DNA from: the human T2T-CHM13v2.0 reference genome, Homo sapiens
DNA: 64,000 bases
Direction: 5' to 3' (one strand)
Assembly (NCBI RefSeq): GCF_009914755.1
Contig: NC_060947.1
In this document: piece after piece, positions 42,375-61,529 of the stretch
Layout of the letters: every line of letters starts with the position of its first letter
Position numbering within the stretch: position 1 is the first letter of the stretch
Program-made: the position numbers and the translations under genes
Notes under the pieces: generated by a model
What the model was told of the DNA's origin: nothing
Database searches by the model: none
The model's input: the letters and a program-made list of their open reading frames with translations, nothing else

Positions 42375-43018
42375 ATTTCCTTGGCAGTGCAGAAGCTTTT
42401 TGGTTTGAAGTAATTCCATTTCTCTATTTTTGCTTTTGTTTCCTAAGCTTTGGGGGTCAACTCCAAAAACTCATTGCTGAAACCAATGCTATATAGTTTT
42501 TTTTGCTACGTTTCTTCCAGAACTTTTTCTGTTTCAGATCTTATGTTTCGGTCTTTAATCCATTGTTTTGGGTTTAATTACTTCTTTTCCTGGTTTTCTA
42601 AGATTAGATTATTGATGTGCAATTTTTTTTAACTTTTAAAATATAAGCCTTAATAGCTACAAATTTCCTTTGTAGCACTCTTTTAGATCCCTCTATGTTT
42701 TGAATGTTGTGTTTTAATTTTCATTTGTCTCAAATTAGCTTCTAATTTTCCTTATTTCTCCTCTCGTGATCAGAAAATATACTTCATACAATTTTAATTA
42801 TTTTAATTTATTGAGCTTTTTTGTAACCTAATATTTGGTCTATCTTATAGAATGTTCCATGTGCACTTAAGAAGGATGTGAATTCTGCTGTTTTTAAGTA
42901 CTGTTTCATAGATGTCTATTAATTCGAGTTAGTTTATAGTGTTGCCTAAATATTCTATTTTTGTTGTTGTTGATCTTCTGTCTAGTGGTTCTATCCATGA
43001 TTGAAAATAGGGTATTAA
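42375..43018 (-). mobile_element. Ancient L1M ORF2 fragments, antisense (host of the nested L1PAs)
   Basis: gtgcagaagcttttt; agaatgttccatgtgcacttaagaag; ...ttgaaaatagggtattaa continues after 50904 as aatctccaactattattg. Confidence 0.75.
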
Positions 43019-44209
<1,191 letters not shown>

Positions 44210-45111
44210 GGAGCCAAGATGGCCGAATAGGAACAGTTCCAGTCTACAGCTCCCAGCATGAGCGACACAGAAGATGGGTGATTTCTGCTTTCCATCTGAG
44301 GTGCCGGGTTCATCTCACTAGGGAGTGCCAGACAGTGGGCGCAGGTCAGTGGATGTGCGCACCGTGCATGAGCTGAAGCAGGGCAAGGCATTGCCTCACT
44401 CGGGAAGCACAAGGGGTCAGGGAGTTCCCTTTGCTAGTCAAAGAAAGCAGTGACAGACGGCAACTGGAAAATCGGGTCACTTCCACCCGAATACTGCGCT
44501 TTTCTGACGGGCTTAAAAAAACGGCGCACCAGGAGATTATATCCCGCACGTGGCTCGGAGGGTCCTACGCCCACGGAGTCTTTGCTGATTGCTAGCACAG
44601 CAGTCTCAGATCAAACTGCAAGGTGGCAGCGAGGCTGGGGGAGGGGCGCCCACCATTGCCCAGGCTTGCCTAGGTAAACAAAGCAGCCGGGAAGCTCGAA
44701 CTGGGTGGAGCCCACCACAGCTCAAGGAGGCCTGCCTGCCTCTGTAGGCTCCACCTCTGGGGGCAGGGCACAGACAAACAAAAAGACAGCAGTAACCTCT
44801 GCAGACTTAAATGTCCCTGTCTGACAGCTTTGAAGAGAGAAGTGGTTCTCCCAGCATGCAGCTGGAGATCTGAGAACGGGCAGACTGCCTCCTCAAGTGG
44901 GTCCCTGACCCCTGACCCCCGAGCAGCCTAACTGGGAGGCACCCCCCAGCAGGGGCACACTGACACCTCACACGGCCAGGTACTCCAACAGACCTGCAAC
45001 TGAGGGTCCTGTCTGTTAGAAGGAAAACTGAAAAACAGAAAGGACATCCACACCAAAAACCCATGTGCACATCACCATCATCAAAGACCAAAAGTAGATA
45101 AAACCACAAAG
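44210..45111 (+). promoter_or_regulatory. L1 5'UTR internal sense promoter and antisense promoter region
   Basis: YY1 site caagatggcc at 44215-44224; locally CpG-rich; activity cannot be shown from sequence. Confidence 0.75.
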
Positions 45112-46128
45112 ATGGGGAAAAAACAGAGCAGAAAAACTGGAAACTCTAAAAAGCAGAGTGCCTCTCCTCCTCCAAAGGAACGCAGTTCCTCACCAGCAAC
45201 GGAACAAAGCTGGACGGAGAATGACTTTGACGAGCTCAGTGAGGAAGGCTTCAGATGATCAAATCACTCCGAGCTATGGGAGGACATTCAAACCAAAGGC
45301 AAAGAAGTTGAAAACTTTGAAAAAAATTTGGAAGAATGTATAACTAGAATAACCAATACAGAGAAGTGCTTAAAGGAGCTGATGGAGCTGAAAACCAAGG
45401 CTCAAGAACTACGTGAAGAATGCAGAAGCTTCAGGACCTGATGCGATCAACTGGAAGAAAGGGTATCAGCGATGGAAGATGAAATGAATGAAATGAAGCG
45501 AGAAGGGAAGTTTAGAGAAAAAAGAATAAAAAGAAATGAACAAAGCCTCCAAGAAATATGGGACTATGTGAAAAGACCAAATCTATGTCTGATTGGTGTA
45601 CCTGAAAGTGACGGGGAGAATGGAACCAAGTTGGAAAACACTCTGCAGGATATTATCCAGGAGAACTTCCCCAATCTAGCAAGGCAGGCCAACATTCAGA
45701 TTCAGGAAATACAGAGAACGCCACAAAGATACTCCTCGAGAAGAGGAACTCCAAGACACATAATTGTCAGATTCACCAAAGTTGAAATGAAGGAAAAAAT
45801 GTTAAGGGCAGCCAGAGAGAAAGGTCGGGTTAACCTCAAAGGGAAGCCCATCAGACTAACAGCAAATCTCTTGGCAGAAACTCTACAAGCCAGAAGAGAG
45901 TTGGGGCCAATATTCAACATTCTTAAAGAAAAGAATTTTCAACCCAGAATTTCATATCCAGCCAAACTAAGCTTCATAATTGAAGGAGAAATAAAATACT
46001 TTACAGACAAGCAAATGCTGAGAGATTTTGTCACCACCAGGCCTGCCCTAAAAGAGCTCCTGAAGGAAGTGCTAAACATGGAAAGGAACAACCGGTACCA
46101 GCTGCTGCAAAATCATGCCAAAATGTAA
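45112..46128 (+). pseudogene. L1 ORF1p, disabled
   Basis: ATG 45112 (MGKKQ..), TAA 46126-46128; in-frame TGA at 45256 and 45439 (CGA>TGA decay); residual 218-aa ORF 45472-46128. Confidence 0.93.
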
Positions 46129-46191
46129 AGACCATCGAGACTAGGAAGAAACTGCATCAACTAACGAGCAAAATACCCAGCTAACATCATA

Positions 46192-50016
<3,825 letters not shown>

Positions 50017-50244
50017 ACAATGAGAACACATGGACACAGGAAGGGGAACATCACACTCTGGGGTCTGTTGTGGGGTGGGGGGAAGGGGGAGGGATAGCAT
50101 TGGGAGATATACCTAATGCTAGATGGTGAGTTAGTGGGTGCAGCACACCAGCATGGTACATGTATACATATGTAACTAACCTGCACATTGTGCACATGTA
50201 CCCTAAAACTTAAAGTACAATAAAAAAAAAAAAGTCAGGAAACA

Positions 50245-50903
50245 ACAGGTGCTGAAGAGGATGTGGAGAAATAGGAACACTTTTACACTGTTGGTGGGAC
50301 TGTAAACTGGTTCAACCATCGTGGAAGACAGTGTGGCGATTCCTCAGGGATCTAGAACTAGAAATACCATTTGACCCAGCCATCCCATTACTGGGTATAT
50401 ACCCAAGGGATTATAAATCATGCTGTTGTAAAGACACATGCACACGTATGTTTATTGCAGCACTATTCACAATAGCAAAGACCTGGAACCAACCCAAATG
50501 TCCAACAATGCAGACTGGATTAAGAAAATGTGGCATATATATGCCATGGAATACTAGGCAGCCATAAAAAATGATGAGTTCATGTCCTTTGTAGGGACAT
50601 GGATGAAGCTGGAAACCATCATTCTCAGCAAACTATCGCAAGGACAAAAAACCAAACATCGCATATTCTCACTCATAGGTGGGAATTGAACAATGAGAAC
50701 ACAAGCACACAGGAAGGGGGACATCACACATTGGGGCCTGTTGTGGGGTGGGGGGAGGGAGAAGGGATAGCATTAGGAGATATACCTAGTGTAAATGACC
50801 AGTTAATGGGTGCAGCACACCAACATGGCACATGTACACATATGTGACGGACCTGCACATTGTGAACATGTACCCTAGAACTTAAAGTTAACAATAAAAA
50901 AAA
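50245..50903 (+). mobile_element. 5'-truncated L1PA5/6-like element, part 2 (3' end)
   Basis: Resumes exactly after the inner TSD; older 3' diagnostics (gaagctggaaacc, caacatggc, ccctagaac); right TSD gaaaataaggtattaa at 50904-50919. Confidence 0.93.
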
Positions 50904-51259
50904 GAAAATAAGGTATTAAAATCTCCAACTATTATTGTTCTATTGTTTTTTTCTTCCTTCAATTGTGTCAGCTTGGTGCTCTGTTGTTAGGTGCATATAT
51001 ATTTATAATTGTTACATCTCATTTGTTGGTTGATGCTGTTATCATTATAAAATATCCTTTGTCTATAATAAAAATTTTTGTCTTAAAGTCTGTTTTGTCT
51101 GATATTATATATCCACTTTACCTGTCTTCTGGTTACTCCTTCAATGGTGTGTGTGTGTGTGTGTGTGTGTGAATATATTCAATGGTGTGTGCATGTGTGT
51201 ATATGTATTACTTTTTCACTCTCAGACTGTTTGCGTCCTTTAATCTAAAGTGACTCTTG
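50904..51259 (-). mobile_element. Ancient L1M antisense, continuation (with (GT)n at 51147-51171)
   Basis: gctctgttgttaggtgcatatatattta...ttaaagtctgttttgtctgatatt. Confidence 0.78.
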
Positions 51260-51261
51260 TT

Positions 51262-51554
51262 GAGAAGAACAGTGGTTACCAGGGTGAGGAGTGAGAGTAA
51301 ATGGGGAGACGTAGGTCAAAGGGTATAAATTTGCAGTTATATAGGATGAATAAGTCTGGAGATCTAATGTACAGCATGAAGATTATAGTTAATAATTGTG
51401 TATAGTATACTGAAAAATTGCTAAGAGCCTATTAGGTCCTCTTAGCATGCACACACAAAAGATAACTATGGAAGGAGATAGATAGGCTAATTTGCTTTAC
51501 TATGGTAATCATTTCACTATGTGTATCAAAACATTACTTTGTATACCTTAAATA
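51262..51554 (+). mobile_element. L1MA9/L1MB-like 3' fragment (tail resumes at 52623-52658)
   Basis: gtggttaccaggg...ggtcaaagggta...gatctaatgtacagcatg...ggtaatcatttcac; TSD taaagtgactcttg (51246-51259) / taaagtgtctcctg (52659-52672). Confidence 0.82.
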
Positions 51555-52622
51555 CAGTTTGAATCCCTTATCTGAAATGTGTAGGACTAGAAATGTTTCA
51601 GATTTTGAATTCTTTTTTATTTTGAAATATTTGCAGCATACTTACTGGCTGAGCATCCCAAATCTGAATATGTGAAATCTGAAATGCTCCAACTGGCATT
51701 TTATTTATTTATTTTGGTTTTGAAAAATTTGTGGGTATACTCTAGGTATATATATTTATGAGGTATATGAAATGTTTCTATACAAGCATGCAATGCGTAA
51801 TAATCACATCATGGGGAATGGGGTATCCATCCTCTCAAGCATTTATCCTTTGAGTTACAAACAATTTAATTACACTCTTTAAGTTATTTTAAAATGTACA
51901 ATTAAGTTATTATTGGCTATAGTCACTCTATTGTGCTATCAAATAGTAGGTCTTATCAATTCTTTCTATTTTTTGTACCCATTAACCATCCCCACCTCCC
52001 CCCACAAACACCCCCACTACCTTTTCCAACCTCTGGAAATCATCCTTCTACTCTCTATGTCCATGAGTTCAATTGTTTTGACTTTTAGATCTCACAAATA
52101 AGTGAGAACATGAAATGTTTGTCTTTCTGTGTTTGCTTTATTTCACTTAACATATGACCTCCAGTTCCATCCATGTTGTTGCAAGTGACAAGATCTTATT
52201 CTTTTTAAATGCTGAGTAGTACTACATTGTGTATATGTACCACATTTTCTTTATCCATTTATCTGTTGACAGACACTTAAGTTGCTTCAAATCTTAGCTA
52301 CTGTAAACAGTGCTGCAACAAACACAGGAGCAGATATCCCTGTGATATACTAATTTCCTTTCTTTGGGGTATATACCCAGCAGTGGGATTGCTAGATCAG
52401 ATAGTAGCACAATTTTTAGTTTTTTGATGAACCTCCAAACTGTTATCCGTAGTGGTTGTACTAATTTATATTGCCACCAACAGTGTACAGGGTTCCCTTT
52501 CCTCCACAACCTTACCAGCATTCAACGAGCATTTTATTTGAACATCATGTCAGCACTCAGAAAAATTTCTGATTTTAGAGCCTTCCAGATTTTGGGTTTT
52601 TGGATTTGGGGTGATCAACCTG
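51555..52622. mobile_element. MER46A/Tigger4a MITE, split by an L1 insertion
   Basis: TA|cagtttgaatcccttatctgaaatg ... gtgatcaacctg|TA; halves at 51555-51706 and 52523-52622. Confidence 0.82.
51707..52522 (-). mobile_element. L1MA1/2-like 5'-truncated insertion
   Basis: aataatcacatcatggggaatggggtatccatcc...gggtatatacccagcagtgggattgctagatca; TSD caactggcattttattt (51690-51706) / caacgagcattttattt (52523-52539). Confidence 0.85.
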
Positions 52623-52658
52623 TATATACAATGAAAGCAAATATATAAATAAATATGA

Positions 52659-53030
52659 TAAAGTGTCTCCTGAAGAGCTGTGTCATGTTTTTATTCACCT
52701 TGCTAATTTCTGCTTCTTAATTAGAATGTTTAATAAATAAACATTTTATGTAATTACTGATAAAGCAGGATTTACATTTGTCATTTTGATATTTGTTTTC
52801 TCATGTCTTATGTCTTTTTAATTTCTCTGTTCTTCCATTAGTGTCTTTTTTGTGTTAAGTAGATAGTTTCTAATGTATCATTTAAATTCTCTTGTTTTTG
52901 TTTTAGTATATTTTTTGAGTTATTTACTTAGTCGTTTCCCTGGGGATTACCATTAACATCTTAATTCATAACAATGTTGGTTGGATTAATGTCAACTTCA
53001 TTTTAATTGTATACAAATTGTTTAATACTA
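52659..53030 (-). mobile_element. Ancient L1M antisense, continuation
   Basis: tgtaattactgataa...gtcattttgatatttgttttc...tccctggggattacca. Confidence 0.65.
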
Positions 53031-53852
53031 TTTTTATTAGATTTTAGAGTTGAAGTTTTGCTGGATTTAATAAAATGGATTGGGAAACCTCCATTAATTT
53101 CTATGGCCTGGAATAATTTACGTAACAGGAATATTTAATCTTTAGGATCAGATAAAACTTCGCTGTAACTCCTGTAGTGCTGAATGAAGCGTTTTTGAAA
53201 GGTAACATATTTGTCACATTTGCCATGTTCCTCTCTGATAGTTGATCTATTCAAATTTCCCACTTCTTCTTGAATTGATTTTGGAAAGGTTTTCAATACT
53301 GTTATCACGGAGTTTGATTATTTATTTTTTGGAGATTATGTTTATTTTCTTATTCCTACTCTTCTGTTTTTTGGCTTTTTCTCTTTTTTCCTAAAACAGA
53401 AACATAAAAGGTCATCCTCTCCTAAAAGAAAGAAAGAAACAAACAAAAACACCAAACTTTAGATTTATTTGCCATTTCAATTGTTTAAAAAAATCATTCA
53501 TTTTTAGCTTTTATCTCTTCCTGTTTTCTTAAAGTTTGTTTTGCTTTTACTTTTTGAAGGTAAACAAATTTATTTATTATGTTTTTCTCCTATCGTGATG
53601 ATATTTAAGGCTAAGTATTTTCTTTTGCTTACAGTTTTCAATGTCTTATGGGTTTTATTATAAAGTATTCTCATTTCCATAACTTCTAAGTATTTTATAA
53701 TTTCTCTTTTATATCCTTTTTAACCCAAGGCTTATCTAAGAATCTTTCTTAATTCGATTTTCAACTAAATTAGTTGAATCTTATTCTTTTTATTCCAACT
53801 CATTAATTTTTATGTTCATCTTTTTATTTCTAATAGTGTTAAATTATGATAA

Positions 53853-54202
<350 letters not shown>

Positions 54203-54639
54203 TAGTTGATCAATTTTGTTAAAGTTCCATGGGCATACCACAAAACATATTTTCTCTGTTTGAGAGATGTAAGTTCGTATAGAAAGTTAGTGAATCAAGC
54301 TTGTTGATTGTTTCCTTCTATTACTCTAACTTTCTATTTTTTGTTTACAAGAGCTGTCTTACCTGAGAAAGGCATATATTATTTTCCCCCATCATTTTAT
54401 TTTACCAAGTTTTCCTTTTATTTTTAATAGTTATTGTTTTACTTAGTTTTGTGCATACTAGTTTGTGCTTTTTACCATTGCTCAACATCCTCCTAATTCT
54501 GTCTTGTGCATTCAATCTCACATTCCTCTTGTTTGATATTTTGATTGCCAGTTATGCTTTTTCATTTTATCACTACAACCACTACAACCATAATGCCTAT
54601 GTTTTGCCTAAATTATTTATTGTTTTTTGTTCTAAAACC

Positions 54640-54833
54640 GTACTGTGCAATACAGAAGCCAGTAGCCACAGATAACTTTAAATTTAAGATAATCAATTAA
54701 AATAAAAATTCAGTAACTAAGTCTAGTCACATGTCATATACTCAATAGCCACACGTGGCTAGTGGCCACTCTACTGGACAGCACATATATGGAACATTTC
54801 TATTATCACTGAGAAATTCTATTGAATAGCACT
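54640..54833. mobile_element. MER3-like hAT MITE
   Basis: ctcaatagccacacgtggctagtggc...ggacagcac...aacatttctattatcactgagaaattctattg. Confidence 0.72.
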
Positions 54834-54842
54834 ACTATAGAA

Positions 54843-55165
54843 CAGGGATTGGCAAACTTCCCATAAAGAGCAAAACAGCAAATATTTTAGGCTTGACAGG
54901 GCTTGTTGTCCCTATTGCAGCTACATAGCTCTGCTTTTCTCATAAACCAGAGATAATACATAAATGAATGAGTATGGCTAGGTTCCAATAACATTTTATT
55001 TATGGATTGTAACACTTTAATTTTCTATGGTGTTCACATGTTGTGAAATTCTCTTTTTAATATTTTTCCACAATTTAAAAATGTAAAAAAATTCCTCACT
55101 CACAGCCCACACAAAAACAGGTAGCAGGCCAGATTTGATCTGTGGGCTGAAGTTTGCCAGCTCTT
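54843..55165. mobile_element. MER58B-like hAT MITE
   Basis: cagggattggcaaact...aaatattttaggctt...caaaaacagg...ggccagatttg...agtttgcc. Confidence 0.78.
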
Positions 55166-55235
55166 ACTTTAGCCTGTTAGAAAATGTCTCTCAAAGTATG
55201 TCGCTTTGATTTTGAGTCCTTATTAAGCATTTTAA

Positions 55236-55644
<409 letters not shown>

Positions 55645-57318
55645 AAAAAATATTTTTTTTTTCCAGAAAACATTTTCTGTAGATGCACTTGAATTTCCTT
55701 CAATGCTCTTATTTCTTATTCAAGTTTTCATCTGTCCCTTCTAATAGTTTTAATTCTCTAAGAATGTATTCAGTTTGTTCTGCCTTATCTTCATCTCTCT
55801 GGCTTCTAGGTACCCTGATATAGGGTTGTTTCTACTGTCAGCTCATTGGGATTTCAGTAGATGGCATGTCCTATGTGTCTGTAGTCCTTCAGTGCATGCA
55901 CAGTTGTCTCTATCCCTGTAAGTCAAGAGTATGGAAGTACGTAGGGCACTAGTCTCCCACTGAGGCACTTGGACAAATTCTCTAGGCTCTCTTATTTCCT
56001 TCTTATACTTCCTGTCTCAGAAAGGAAGGACTTGGATCACTTCTTCACTGTCTTTTTAGATTTTTAGGAGGCAGAGTGACTTGGCAATCTTATGCAAGTC
56101 CAATATCAACCTTCTCTATGAGAATTCATAAATCTGTAAAAGTCAAGATTTACCAATTTACAGTCTTCACCTAGAAGTTCCATGATAATCATTTTCATAC
56201 ACTCACACAATGGGCAGGGAAGAGATGAAATCCTATATCACTTTTCTCACTAGGACCTAAGAAAGCCCAAGTCCTTACTTGCACCCAGTTGCCCATGGGC
56301 ACCATTACCCATTTGGTTCAGAAAAACAAATAGCTTGTAACTGGGAATTAAGGGAAAAGGTGTGATAGTCAGTTCACCATATTTTCAGAATCTCCTGCTC
56401 CCAAAATTTAATTAACCAGATCAGTTCATTATCAGAACATATGTATTTATTATATGCACAGTCTCGTGCACTCTAAATAAAATTTTTCTCTTTCAGAAAC
56501 ACAATTTGGAGTAAATTAAAAGTGACTGACAAAAAAATCAATTTGAGGTTGATAACTGAGGATGAATTCAGGTAGTTCTATGGAATATATTACAGTACTT
56601 ATCCTAATCTATGTTTTACAAATCATCTATTAATTATATTAATTAATTATTTGAGCATGATATAGTTAGCTCTGGAAGTAAGCTAGTCCGATCTTGTTTC
56701 TTTGACAGATGAGCAAACCTGAGGCCTGAAGCATATTAGTGATTGTGATGGAGCCAAGAATAGAAACCCTAGTCCCATGATTTCATTGTCATCCCCTTTC
56801 TACTACACTCTTCTGAGAATGAAAATTGTCAAGCCTCTTTAGTTGAATGGGCAGGCCCCAAAAATCATTTGAAAATTAAAGATTTGTCAATAAAGTAATA
56901 GCAGAGAAGGGTTAATAGAATTGCATAAGCTATCATCATTTTAGATTATAAAGAAAATAACTCCTTCTTTCAAGATGCATTTCCCATGTCATGATTGCAT
57001 ATAATTATATATAAATCAATGAGCAAATAAACCTATGTACAGAAATAAATTGTATGTACGTGAGAGATAGTCTAGGAGCTAAATATACAGGTACAAAATG
57101 TATGACATGGCTCCTAACTGAAGAGAGTGTATATTCTAATTGAGGATCGATATTATAAAAGTAAAAAAAAAATCTAGTCTGAGACTCCATACCGTAAGTA
57201 ACAGTGAGTGTTCTACATACTAATCTTAAAAAAGAGAAAGAGTTCTGTTGGTTGAAGACATCAGAGGCTTCATGGAATCAGTGGAGTTTGAAGTCATCCT
57301 TGAAGGAAGAATATAGCT

Positions 57319-57450
57319 GGGATAACTATGTAATTTGTTGTTCAAATGAGTACACTTCTGAGAGTGAAATGAGGCATCGTTAATAATTACATTAGGGTAA
57401 CGTTTGCAAACTGAGATTGTCCCAGGTGAACTGGGACAGATGATCTACGT
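57319..57450. mobile_element. MER94-like hAT MITE inside an antisense L2
   Basis: acacttctgagagtgaaa...ttaataattac...tgtcccaggtgaactgggac. Confidence 0.65.
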
Positions 57451-57859
57451 GTTCATAAAGGCAGAAAGGAAAGTTCAGAGCATTCCAAATTAGAGAAATG
57501 GTTTAAAGGAAAAGACAAAGATAAGAGTGAGTTGAGTGTGTTCTGGATACAGAAAAGGTGGTTCATAATAAAGAACAAATGAGAAAGGATTAGAAAGTGT
57601 CTTGAATGTTAGGCTAAGGAGTTTTATTTTGTTCCATGAAAATAAGAACCATGTAAGCATGAGTGATTCTCAAAATATTTAACAACCACCACATCATGGG
57701 CGCTAACAATGAAAAGACTAAAGCCATAACAGTGTATAATAGCTGAATATCAATTGTGCATTTAAGTTTTTTTGTGCAGGAAAACTGCAGGATGAAATTG
57801 GCATTTTAGAAAAGTAAAAATGGCAGTGATGTGCAGAATCAATGAGAAGAGACAAGAGT

Positions 57860-58076
57860 AGGTAATGGCAAATTAGTAATATCCCTGGTAGTGAACATTT
57901 TAGGCTTTGTAGGATATATGGTCTCTGTTGCAACTATTCAACTCTGCCATTGTAGTCTGAAAGCAACATTAGTTAATATGTAAACAAATGAGTGTGGCTA
58001 TGTGCCAATAAAACTTAATTTACAAAAACAGACAGCAAGATGGATCTGGCCTGTGGGCCATAATTTGCTGACCCTT
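57860..58076. mobile_element. MER58A-like hAT MITE
   Basis: attttaggctttgtagg...gtctctgttgcaactattcaactctgccattgtag...ccaataaaactt...tttgctgaccc. Confidence 0.8.
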
Positions 58077-58786
58077 GAGCTACAGGTAGAGAGACTGATT
58101 AAATGGCAATTTCAGTAGTTCAGCCTTTAGCCAGGGCTAGGTTTGTCAGAGGGAATCAAAAAATAAAAACAAAAATATATAAATAAACCTCAAAAATATT
58201 AAATAGTTGTAGTTTACTGGGTAATTTAGGCAGAAGTTTATTTTTAGTAGTCTGAAGAGCCAAATAATTGCAAATAAACAGTTTTTACTTTTGTTATCCA
58301 AATTGCCCCTTTGCTTTCTCTCCATGAACACAGTCCTAGCCTTCAGAAAGGATCTGTTTATGCATATACCAAAGAGATTACCATGAATATAAGCAAACAA
58401 TGAACCCAGTCACTTAAACAGATGTCATATAATCGGTTTAGCTGAAATTTTCACTCTAGTGGATTATGAATCCAATTAGGATTAAGAAAACACAACCACA
58501 AACAGAATGAATCAATATATTCAGAGCGATTATTAAGTACCAAAAATTAGCCAGAGAAGGTGAATGAAATATCTGAGAAGCTAAGTCATCTTTGAAACAA
58601 AGACCCACGGGAATAGTAATGCTATCTTTATCTTTTCATCTTTTCGGCGGGGGTGGGGAGGCGGGGTGGCGGGGTAGGGAAACCTTTTTAGGCCGTTAGG
58701 ACAAAAAAAAAAGCTCCCAAGAAGCTTTTGATGTCCTCAATTCACAGAGCATTTTTCCTCTATTAAGGAGGAAATAAAAGCATTTT

Positions 58787-59108
<322 letters not shown>

Positions 59109-60314
59109 TAAGCATTATGTGACATGAAATTAACTTAAAAAACTTCTTTATGAAATGCTTGATGTGGGCAAATGGAAATATTTAGAGGACAGAAAAAAAT
59201 GATATCACTGAGACCTGATAGCAGGCAAAAAAAAAAAAAATGCAATTGTCAAACGACAGTTAAGTGTGGCTAACAAAGTTAGCGGTAGGAAGGAGGGAAG
59301 GTTGACTCAAAAGACTCTGGCAATAAAATAAGTTCATTAATTATCCCTACTCAACCAGGATCCAGTGGACATCTGAAACTATCCCCTAAGATGTTAGAGC
59401 ACCAAATCTTTAACCAGTTGTTTAGTCAGTGAATAAGCAATAAGTTGAGGAGATGTCAATGAGACTGCACCAACATGGTACCAGAACCTCTGTTCATTTT
59501 GGTCAGTTCCCTCAAATAGTTGGTCCTTTTGTGAGTGGGACCAGGGGATCAAATGGCCTTTTGGTGTATGCTAAAGTTCACCATGTTGGTTTTATTAAAT
59601 TGACTGGCTGTATCATCAATTTGGTAGTTGGGTAATTTGGTGGCCTGTATAGATACAACCTATATTCTGACTTCATTGTTTAGGGTAGAAAATGACTGGA
59701 AGAAGTTATTAACATAAAAAAATAGCTCTCTTATTCCAGTTCCTTATAAGATTCCAAATATATTATCACGTTTATATACCAAATGGATAACAATGACTCA
59801 CAGTTAGTTCACAAGCAGCAAATGTAGAGGGTCAGATGAGTAATCTTAAAACTGGAAGGGGAGAGCAATAGAGGAGTCCATGAAAGGAAGACAGTAAACT
59901 TTTGATGCAATTCTTGGCACAATCTCTATGTAAGTAATGTTTCTTTTCCTGTACCCTCCCTACTCTCTCCTGGCCTTGGTAGGTGACAGGCTGATCCACT
60001 ATAGTACACGGTGCCAGTGACTAATAATAACTTTAATGTACTGCTTCTCCAGAGGGTATTTGCATTTTAAGAGGACTCCGGGGGCCTAACATAAAAGAAC
60101 ACATCTCTAAAGGGAGAGTTTCTAGCACTGTGGTTAGTCTGTAGAGAATTTAGGGGCACATGAGAGGTAAATCTACTGAGGGCCTCAAATCACCTCGTGT
60201 TGGCAGACACCTACTCTGGTTGAGTATAAATTCAATGCAGAATAATAGAGTCATGGTATCTACCATACCAGGATGAACACTTTTAACAAAGGGTTAAAAA
60301 TATCATCTAACTCG

Positions 60315-60495
60315 GCCATTCTTAACTCTGGATGCATATTAGAATCATTTTGGGGCCTTTAAACAATAAGATGCCTGGGACCCACCTCCACAGATTCTGA
60401 TTCTGATTTTATTGGTCTGGAGTAGATCGTAGGCACTGGAATTTTCAAAAAACTTTCCAGGAGATTTTAATGCATGGAGATATTTGAGAACCAAC
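60315..60495. mobile_element. MER5-family hAT MITE
   Basis: tgcatattagaatca...gatgcctggg...cagattctgatt...attggtctgg...tttgagaacca. Confidence 0.72.
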
Positions 60496-60882
60496 CACAT
60501 AATTCTAGATTCTTAATGTTGGAAGAGACCTCACAAGTCATGAAGACCAATCTCTATCTCTATGACAATCTTGCCAAGTGATTGTTTACTTTTTGCTTGA
60601 ACATCTCCAGGGAAAGCATTCCTCCAGGAAGCTCTCCATCTCTAAACATGATTGTCATCATCAGCTACAGCCAAGACAGTCTTCTGGAAGGCAAGAGAAA
60701 CCATGGGAATGTCTCTATTTTTGAAAGCCAATGACAGATACCCTCCAATCCTCAATAACCAGGAATCAAACAAATTCAAAACAAATCCCACAAAACCCTT
60801 TCTGACACAGTTGCAAGAGAGCAAGTGGAGGGGTCGGAAAGTGAGTTTTACCTTCAGGAGTTCAAATAAAAAGGGTACTTTT

Positions 60883-61196
<314 letters not shown>

Positions 61197-61529
61197 CTAT
61201 TATCATACTGCAACTGAAGTGGTTATTTGTTCATCATACCTAACAAGTCCAAATGTCATTCATTGTAACCACCGCTAAAAAGATTTGAAATAGGTATTGG
61301 CTTACAACAATGTTTTCCAACCATGATTCTGTAGATGATCCATCTTTTAAAATGCTTTGTGCCTGTTTCTTTTCCCTTCCACTCTTTAGTGATAGTAGTT
61401 GGAACCTAACTCCTGAGAATCTTACCCTGTTTCCCATCTTATTATCTCTTACTTTTCGGGATCTTGATAGAGGATTTAAATTGTTTACTCTTCTATAATG
61501 GTGTCTTCTATAGTATGTTCTGTAGCACG

